A stretch of 46,291 nucleotides of DNA, from positions 1 through 46,291 of the forward strand of contig LT649281.1 of assembly GCA_900128395.1 (NCBI GenBank). Reading direction: 5' to 3'. Shown one piece after another: positions 44,839 through 46,291 of the stretch (position 1 is its first letter; each line of letters starts with the position of its first letter). The position numbers were made by a program, and so were the translations under genes. This DNA comes from Stramenopiles sp. TOSAG23-2. Lineage: Eukaryota. The notes under the pieces are model-generated. The model made no database searches. It had not been told where the DNA came from and saw only the letters and a program-made list of their open reading frames with translations.

Positions 44839-45316
44839 ATTTTTGGAAATATGTATGTGTGTGTATTTGGATTATTATATTATTTCGGACCAATGTGCCA
44901 ATTTGTTATTATAGTAAATTGAAGGATAATTTAGTTTTTGTACAATTACAAAATGTGTGTATGTAATGTATATGATATATATATATATATATATATAACC
45001 GCTGACACGTGTGTAAATGATATTTTGATAACTGATGAATATGTTGATACCAATTGGTTATATATTATATAATATATATATATTTATCTTGTTGAAGAAA
45101 ACTGTACTTCATTCACCAATTCCCCACTTCGATATTATATAGTAGAGGGGAGGAGACGAGAGGGGGCTTCATTCAACAACAATCATCAATTGAGAGTTTA
45201 AGTTGTTCAAAATCATCAACAAGTCGTCAAATTGAATGAATGAATGTCAGGACAGAGATAGAGATATACATGATGCAAGAATATACATATATATATATAA
45301 ACATACGATTATTACA

Positions 45317-46291
45317 ATGACATCATTAGTTACGGACGATAATAATAATACAACAACCACTAGCACCACAACTACAACGACGAACCAAAATGATATGGAA
45401 AGTTATGACAATAAAAATAATAATGTGAATACTATTAACATTATTAATACAATGATGAATAATCATCTATCTGATTTAACACAAAAAGCAAAGAAACAAG
45501 CAATAGAGCGGATAGTCGCCATGGCAAATTTTGAACTAACCAAACTTGATAAAAAGGTTGTCAGTGAACCACAACATTTTGAAGATTTACCTAATATATT
45601 ACAAATATGTAGTGGAACAGATGAAAAGCCAGGTCTTATATCATATTTTGAAGACGATATAGTGGCAGTGATAAATATGTTTGGAAAATCAAGTAAACAA
45701 TTTCTTGAATATGATCCCTTGCGTCGTAAATATTATAAAATTGTATTACAATCAAAATATGGTGGTGTAGCACCTGATAAATCTGTTACATATTTAAGTG
45801 CATTACATGGTAAAATTGATGTGGTAAACTATCTATTAGAAAAAGGTGGTGATTGGAATGACAAAATTGAAGGTCTTGTGAACAGGTTGGAGGTTTATTA
45901 TGAAGTAAATTTTAGTAGTGATGCCATTGATTTGGAAGACAAGAACATCACGGATGAGGATGTACAAATTATTGGTGAATTATTAAAAACAAACAATACA
46001 ATAAAGAAATTGGACCTACATGATAATAATATTACTGATGTACAAAGTATTGGTGAAGGATTAAAAACAAACAATACATTAGAGATATTGTACCTACAGA
46101 ATAATAATATTACTGATGATAGTGGAATACAAAGTATTATTGATGGTACCTAATTGATAATAATATTACTGATGTACAAAGTATTGGTGAAGGATTAAAA
46201 ACAAACAATACATTAAAGGAATTGTACCTAGATGATAATAATAATATTACTGATGTACAAAGTATTGGTGAAGGATTAAAAACAAACAAGA
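45317..46291 (+). CDS. Soluble protein: possible F-box-like segment, single ankyrin-like repeat and LRR array (partial; frameshift at about 46147)
   Basis: FEDLPNILQIC (weak F-box-like) and SVTYLSALHGKIDVVNYLLEKGGD (ankyrin-like). From about 45925 the LRR units have the same framework as 21360-22240. After a junction at 46147 the array continues in another frame to the window end. Confidence 0.75.

Overview
AT-rich, gene-dense and intron-poor eukaryotic DNA using the standard genetic code. It has five well-supported GT-AG introns with CTAAC branch points, many poly-Asn tracts and (TA)n microsatellites. The gene set (FAM227, IQ-motif proteins) suggests a flagellated protist, possibly a stramenopile from a single-cell or metagenome assembly; that taxonomy is inference. 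About 19 genes are supported: a PhyH dioxygenase, a GT25 glycosyltransferase, a D-2-hydroxyacid dehydrogenase, two large IQ proteins, FAM227, an ACAD10/11-type kinase fused to a bacterial-type beta domain, a DxxRG/DUF418-type membrane acyltransferase, TMEM19, separase, a PH protein, a FOXRED2-like protein, FAM98 and three LRR loci. Two things stand out. (1) A separase with an unusually remodelled active-site region lies head-to-head, 709 bp apart, with an orphan 205-aa ORF carrying the securin signature: KEN box, two D-boxes, ExxP pseudo-substrate motifs, basic N-terminus and acidic C-terminus. (2) One near-identical 78/84-bp LRR cassette is attached to three unrelated N-terminal domains; its framework codons are almost invariant while the concave-face codons are hypervariable, as expected of a diversifying receptor repertoire. 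Several 77-150 bp local duplications break genes and are probably assembly or haplotype artefacts. No rRNA, tRNA, CRISPR array or autonomous transposon was recognised.
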